Part shown: piece by piece, positions 55,387-61,519 of the stretch
Layout of the letters: the number at the start of each line of letters is the position of its first letter
How positions within the stretch are numbered: the first letter of the stretch is position 1
Assembly: GCF_001194135.2 (NCBI RefSeq)
Contig: NC_068985.1
Coordinates: forward strand, 101,288,711-101,350,229
Origin: Octopus bimaculoides
Lineage: Eukaryota
DNA: 61,519 nt
Direction of reading: 5' to 3'
Translations under genes and position numbers: made by a program
The notes under the pieces: generated by a model
What the model saw: only the letters and a program-made list of their open reading frames with translations
What the model was told of the DNA's origin: nothing
The model's database searches: none

Positions 55387-57030
55387 AAAAGAGAGTAATG
55401 AACATGATAAGAAAATATATGAGAGTGTCTCATAGACACACATAATAGAAACACTGAGTTATTCTAAGGCAGCGGCAAAATATATGTTATAACTTCGAGA
55501 AACTGTAACCAGTATATTAGATATTTTCCAGCCTAGTGTCACAAACACATTCCTATTGTATGAATTTCGGTAATTTTTTTCTTTATCCTATAATTAATTG
55601 TTCACATTTAATGGTGTATAGATTTTCAATAAAAATGTTAAGATTTACTATGAAAATAATTAAAGTGTTTTGCACAATTTTCATCTAGTAGCCGAAGAGG
55701 AAATTCTGAATAACTGTGCAATGGAACGTTTTTCTTTTGTTTTCCTTTTTTCACAGATATTGCTGATGGCATTTAGCCATGGTACATTATGTATACATAC
55801 TTAGCACTAAGTTGCAATTTAAGTGGCCATATTCTCGAATAATAGTTTAATTAGGTTCTTGTCTGTCGAACAATCTTATGGTTGAAATTGGTTGTAATGA
55901 TACGGATTTTGCCTGGCAATATCTAGTACTTACTTAGTCGTGGAAAATATCTACTACACTAAGAGCTGGTAATAGCCTTCGGCAATAACTCTACTTGGCT
56001 AACATAAATCGATTGAATGAATATACGTGTAAACGACACATAAGTATTTCGTGCTTCCAGCGAATGGACGTCTTGTTTAATACATACAAATTGTAGTGGA
56101 GAGAGAATGGGTGATTATACGCTTTTTTGACTCCATTAATAACATTATATATATATGTGTGTGTGCGCGAGTCCGTATGTGTGTGTGTGTGTGTGTGTGA
56201 ACAAGTATACATATGCATAATGAAGCATAAACGTACATGTGCGTGTTTGAGCGTGTGCTTTGTGTAAATGCGACAGTCCACGTAACACAAATTTAAGTAT
56301 AAATGTAGTCTGCAGAAATGCAACTTCTGTTTCCATATTTATATTCATGAATTTTTGAGTAATGCATTATCTGCCAGAAAGAAATTATATCCTGGTTTTG
56401 TATGATATGAAAAAAAAATTACAGCTGTTGTGCTTCATCTCTATCTCACTCACACTACTTAATCTATTCCGCCATATTGTTGGCGTGTGCAAGTTTAGTG
56501 TGGTGTGTATCTGTATGTACATCTGTTATGTGTGAGTGTGAATTTAGTCAATATCTTTAGTCTTATGTGAGTATATAAGTTACCGTTAGTTGTATTTTTA
56601 TAACGTATTAACCGTGAAGTGTTGGGTGATATCTCGTAATTATGTTGTCATAATATACAGCAGATTATACACGTAACTCAACAGATCACACACATTCAGT
56701 TACTTATTCGTTGTCTACTGCCTCTATCTTACTATAAACAAGTAACATTCTCACGTTTTAATATAACTCCGTAAACTAAACAGAAAATATACAACCATTA
56801 TGTTCAATCGATGATTGAATTCCTTCTTATAGTTTTGATGAAGGAACACTTCGTCGTATTGACGAAAATGATTGTTAGGTTTCGTCACAATGGGATTAAT
56901 TTAACATTCGTTTGCATTGTGGGATGATTCTCTACTATCGAATGCAATCCATCCTCAACTATAGTAGATTTTTGCAATAATCTGATATCACATATACGGT
57001 TGTTTATACTGCACACACCCACACGCACGT

Positions 57031-57084
<54 letters not shown>

Positions 57085-57120
57085 GTATGTATATATGCCA
57101 TTATTCAGTTTTATTTTAAG

Positions 57121-57535
57121 ATTTCTTTCCAATAGAGAAATATTTCTTGCCTATAGAGAAAGGTTCCTTCGATCCGAGGCTCATTCATTGGAATTTTAAC
57201 ATCGACAGGATAATCTTGTGTGTGTATGAGCAAATGTTTATATTTTGTTTTATATATGTATTCTCATGCATATAGTGGCATGTCTAGGCATATTCATGTA
57301 TACTCAAATGATAAACAAGTTGTATATATTTATATATGTATATGTGAATGTCATTGGTTAGATTTATTTCGAGATTTCCTTCCGATAGAGAACGAACAAG
57401 TTTCTAACCTAATCCAAGGCTTCTCCATTGGAATTTCAACATCAACAACAGGGCATTTTTATTTGCATATATGTATGCGGATTTGTATGTTTTGCTTTAT
57501 ATATGCATTCTCATGCATATATTAGCATGTCTAGA
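57121..57535. repeat. Diverged direct duplication, period about 250 bp
   Basis: TTCC(A/G)ATAGAGAA...CATTGGAATTT(T/C)AACATC...TATATATG(T/C)ATTCTCATGCATAT...GCATGTCTAG at about 57121-57288 and 57374-57535. Confidence 0.65.
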
Positions 57536-57584
57536 CATTCTTAAACATTTAATTGTCGTCATGCGATGCACTTCGACACTTGGT

Positions 57585-58597
57585 GGTTAAAAGATTTTGA
57601 CAAAGGGATATGATACGACACTCAAAGGCATTTTGGATCGATATTAAGCCTCTTGTGCCTTATTTTTGTTTTAAGCAGACGCTGGCTACGTCACTGTTTA
57701 TGTGAAAATTATGTGTGTTTGTTAGTGTCTTTCGGGTTTTCACATCAATGGTACGGATCTCAGCAAATATCCAATCAAAAAGCCCAAACGTTGGTATGAG
57801 TACTGGCACTGAAAACACATTGTGGGCCACTGTTTTATTGAAAGCAAAGACATCCGAGGCCCTAATATTATTTCATTCGGCTGTAATATTCTTTAGTGAC
57901 ACGTGTTTTGTCACAGGCACCTTTGTAAGCTATATTTACATGCGCACTTAGACACCTGTAATATTTCTCGTCAGATATAGGGGAAAGAATCTAATCATTG
58001 ATGGAGATATTGCTAGTCAGGTTTATGTTTTCCCCTTTTCACAACAACATTTGCCCTGAGCAAAACTCCAACCCTACATCCTTTGAGAATGTTGTAACTT
58101 GTTCAACGCTGTCTTTCATCTCATGCACATTCTTTGCATATAGTTTCAAGTTATCCACAAAGAGATAGTGTATACTTTTGGGTTTTCTGTTTCCTTGTGA
58201 ACCAGTGAAATATCCTTCAGACTTCTTTATCATGGATGACAAGGGGGTTACAGAAAGCGTAAGGAACATCACGGCGAGTCTGCCACCTTGGAATATACAT
58301 TTGGGCTACGGTATTCTATCAGTTATAAAACAGTCACTCTTTGTGTTTAATTTCCAGAGGGAGGGATCCACGATGAAGTCAGGTCAGCTGTGGCTTTGAC
58401 CGTGCTCACTGGGATTTTATCGATTTGGAGGAATAGCAGAATCCATAAGTGGATTGAACGGTTTTCTTGTTGTCTAGCTACGTTAGATTCCACCTATGCT
58501 GTCGGACCTTTGTTGACTAACATCCCCAGATTCCCTTCTTCTCAGCTGCTTGTTGTGCAGTGATGATGTTATTGAATTCACAATGGTCCTGGAGGAC

Positions 58598-58643
<46 letters not shown>

Positions 58644-58900
58644 NNNNNNNNNNTATATATATATATATATAATACATTCTTGTATGCAACTGGCCTGTAG
58701 GATTTTGCCATATGTGTGGTTCCGCACTTAGGGATCAATTTTGTCTCTGCCAGAGCTAACCAGTGTGGTATGCTATTGTTCCCATTGCGAGGTTGCTGTT
58801 ACACATTGATAAGCTACGGTTGATAGAAGATTAACTTCTTTTAGCATCAATGTTGTATGTTTTGGGTGTATGTATCTGTAAAATCCCAATGCAATACTCA
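57585..58900 (-). mobile_element. R4/Dong-like non-LTR retrotransposon RT fragment (pseudogenised)
   Basis: WLALAETKLIPK...SYRPVA..NVLY; QQAAEKKGIWGC; HYLFVDNLKLYAK (decayed YMDD motif); KEYYSRM...AHNVFSVPVLIPTFGLFDW..EIRTIDVKTRKTLT...GTRGLI. Confidence 0.85.
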
Positions 58901-60641
58901 AAAGAAAATGAAGTATGACGAAGCATTCTTTTTTGCGTAAAATTAAATATCCTTCCTCTACAAACAACGCAGACTCCAGTCCAAACACAAGCAAATTCCG
59001 ATCATTAGTTTACTCTCAATTCCGATATCGTTCTATCACTAGAGTGCCGACGAGGAAATAAAAATATGCAATCATGTGAATTGTAGACGCCCCCATCTCA
59101 GCTCTTATAGGTAAAACTTCCTGAGAGCTTTACGAGTTGCTAACGAAGCGTGATGACGATGGTGAGTAGCCAGTATTGTTCTTCCTTCAATGACAATGAC
59201 ATATAGTTATTAAGAGAAAACTAAATTTTTGCAGTCATTTGTTTAAAAGAATGTATACATTTAGCCTGGAGGATTTTATCCTGAGATGTTCATCTCAAAA
59301 CAAGAAATTGTAAATACATCAAGCGTTTAAATGAGCCTAATTATAGGTGGAAGTCTTGTAGACACAAACATCGATACTCATGTTGTAATCTGAAACAGAA
59401 TGTAAGCCTACGATATATGAGTTTAAACCTAAGCACGTACTCTCAGTAGCACTAACTATTCTTCATCTTCAGTGCATGGATTTATCGAGAAAAACATAAA
59501 AGATATTGAACGAAGATTTTCCAGGTAATATTCACTGATCATATACTCAAATGCGAGGCTATAGTTAGGGAAAATTAAATTTTTCTGTCTCTAAACAGTG
59601 GAAAGAGCAAATGAAATGGACGATCAGTTATAAGCTTGAACATTCACAGCGTCGTCGGTTTTTAGGAATGTTGTGCGTAATTTTCTTTTTGTGTCATATT
59701 GCAACATCCCTCTGAATCGTAAAAGTAACTTTGATATTCTATCTCCTGATTTAATGCCAACACATATAAATCCCCTTGGCTGCAAGTGTTAATTTATATT
59801 TTATTGAGCATTTGAATACCTTACACGGGCATTTGCAAAGGAAATAATTGATACTTGAATATTGTGACATGACTGTTGGCCTGATATTTAGTTGTTATAT
59901 TACGTTTAAGAAGATAACTTCCTCATATATGTGAATATATCAGACTGTGTAGATTAAGGAAAATATATATAATCATATTTAACATTTAATGTAATGATTC
60001 CAGCTGCTGTTAAAACTTATTGTAATGCGTTGTGCATTGTAAATTATAACGAGTCCATTATATCAGATGTTATCTTCTTATTAAGTGTTTATTGCTAGAT
60101 CCACGATACATCGAATGTAGCATTTAGAGGCAGTATGATACATTTAGATAGATGTTCTATATTCATATAAAACTCCATAATACCATGCTTTGTATTCCCT
60201 GATATTACAAACACTCTCCTGTGAAAATGTGCATTGGTTGAAACAAATACGTGGGCAATAAATGCGCAATGAATTTATTGGGAGTTGCGATTTATGGGTC
60301 ATTAAATATCAGGTGCATATAACCTCAAACTGACATGAATGCATTCAGAAGATTTCAACTGTAAATAAATACGGAGAGTAGCTTTTGATTTAGAATGCTA
60401 CGAATTAATTATCAATTGATGACATTCTCATAACATTACCGTATGAGCCATTAACAATTGTTAACGAATTATTTAATAAATCTCTGTAGGCAGTTTCATG
60501 TAACTCAACAGGTGTATATCTGCTCACACATATACATATACGCTTATACACTTACACAAAATTCTAAGTATGAATAATACATGCCTCTCTTTCTGTATAC
60601 ACACAGACACACACACACACATATATATATATACACACACA

Positions 60642-60778
<137 letters not shown>

Positions 60779-61289
60779 CACATATATATATATACAATTA
60801 TGTATGCATATATGCATGAAAGTATGCATTGTTTAGGTCGTTCCAGAACAGCAAGTGGCGTAAAACGCTATTGTTAAAGTAAGGATTCTTAAACACGCCG
60901 GGAAAACGACGGAAAATCCATAAAAACGATTTTCAAGGAATATATATTCTTAGATTACGTAGGATGTTGTAAGGAATTGGGGAAAAAAAACGGCTAAGAT
61001 CAGGCGAAGAGAAACTAAGTATCGATGATGGAATAAATCAGGGATTAGAGAATGAATGCAGCTCACTTTTGAAGATCTATCTGCTTTAATATGCACAGTC
61101 CTTTCTCTATCAGATTTTGTTTCAACTACTTAAATTGTACATATGTTTCTAAATCCTTCAGTATGATGTGTACACATATGTAGGCATATGTACATACAGA
61201 CACACGCACAAAAACACGCATATATACACACATGATATCCAGATATTTTATGCATACATACATACATATATATATATATATAATATATA

Positions 61290-61426
61290 GGGATTAGCAG
61301 AAAACCTGCTTCTCCAACATCGAATTCAGAAACAGCGAAACATTTTTAGTTTTTAGAATCAGTAGTTCTTTGGCTGCTGTTTCTGAATTCTCAGTATGTT
61401 GGAGAAGCAGGTTTTCTGCTAATCCC
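61290..61426. mobile_element. 137-bp foldback / MITE-like element
   Basis: GGGATTAGCAGAAAACCTGCTTCTCCAACAT (61290-61320) is the exact reverse complement of 61396-61426. A second 15-bp stem pairs GAATTCAGAAACAGC (61322-61336) with 61376-61390. Confidence 0.88.
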
Positions 61427-61519
61427 AATATATTTATGATTATAAATGGCTTTACCGAAAAGGTTTTTTCATACTGAGCTACCCGGCATAATTGTTAATT
61501 ATTAATTTTATTACTAACT

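Noticed and set aside
56830-56880. TGATGA...hairpin...GAAA motif
   Set aside because: Lacks C3, spacing is wrong and there is no stem I; likely chance.

Overview
AT-rich eukaryotic non-coding DNA (intergenic or deep intronic) from a gapped short-read assembly: 16 N-runs, about 4.8 kb, nearly all flanked by (TA)n/(CA)n. The microsatellite load and SINE families resemble those of Octopus (inferred from memory, not searched). I can support no host protein-coding gene. Most ORF-track entries are artefacts of N-runs or microsatellites, and the recognisable ones are decayed transposon fragments: Tc1/mariner transposases, Penelope-like elements (PLEs; RT/GIY-YIG), an L1/Tx1-like RT and an R4/Dong-like RT. 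There are about 15 tRNA-derived SINE copies and two MITE-like foldbacks. The most interesting signal is a set of minimal hammerhead ribozyme (HHR)-like motifs. (i) A SINE with a tRNA head, an (AAT)n linker and a PLE-like tail carrying an HHR core occurs in three copies; two of them form a head-to-head dimer inserted into a mariner between a single pair of 13-bp direct repeats. (ii) A near-perfect 264-bp foldback has arms that each start exactly at a CTGAAGA-stem-GAAA core. (iii) Degenerate HHRs lie in other PLE-like tails. Together these suggest small non-autonomous, ribozyme-bearing elements mobilised by PLE machinery. Activity and novelty are untested.
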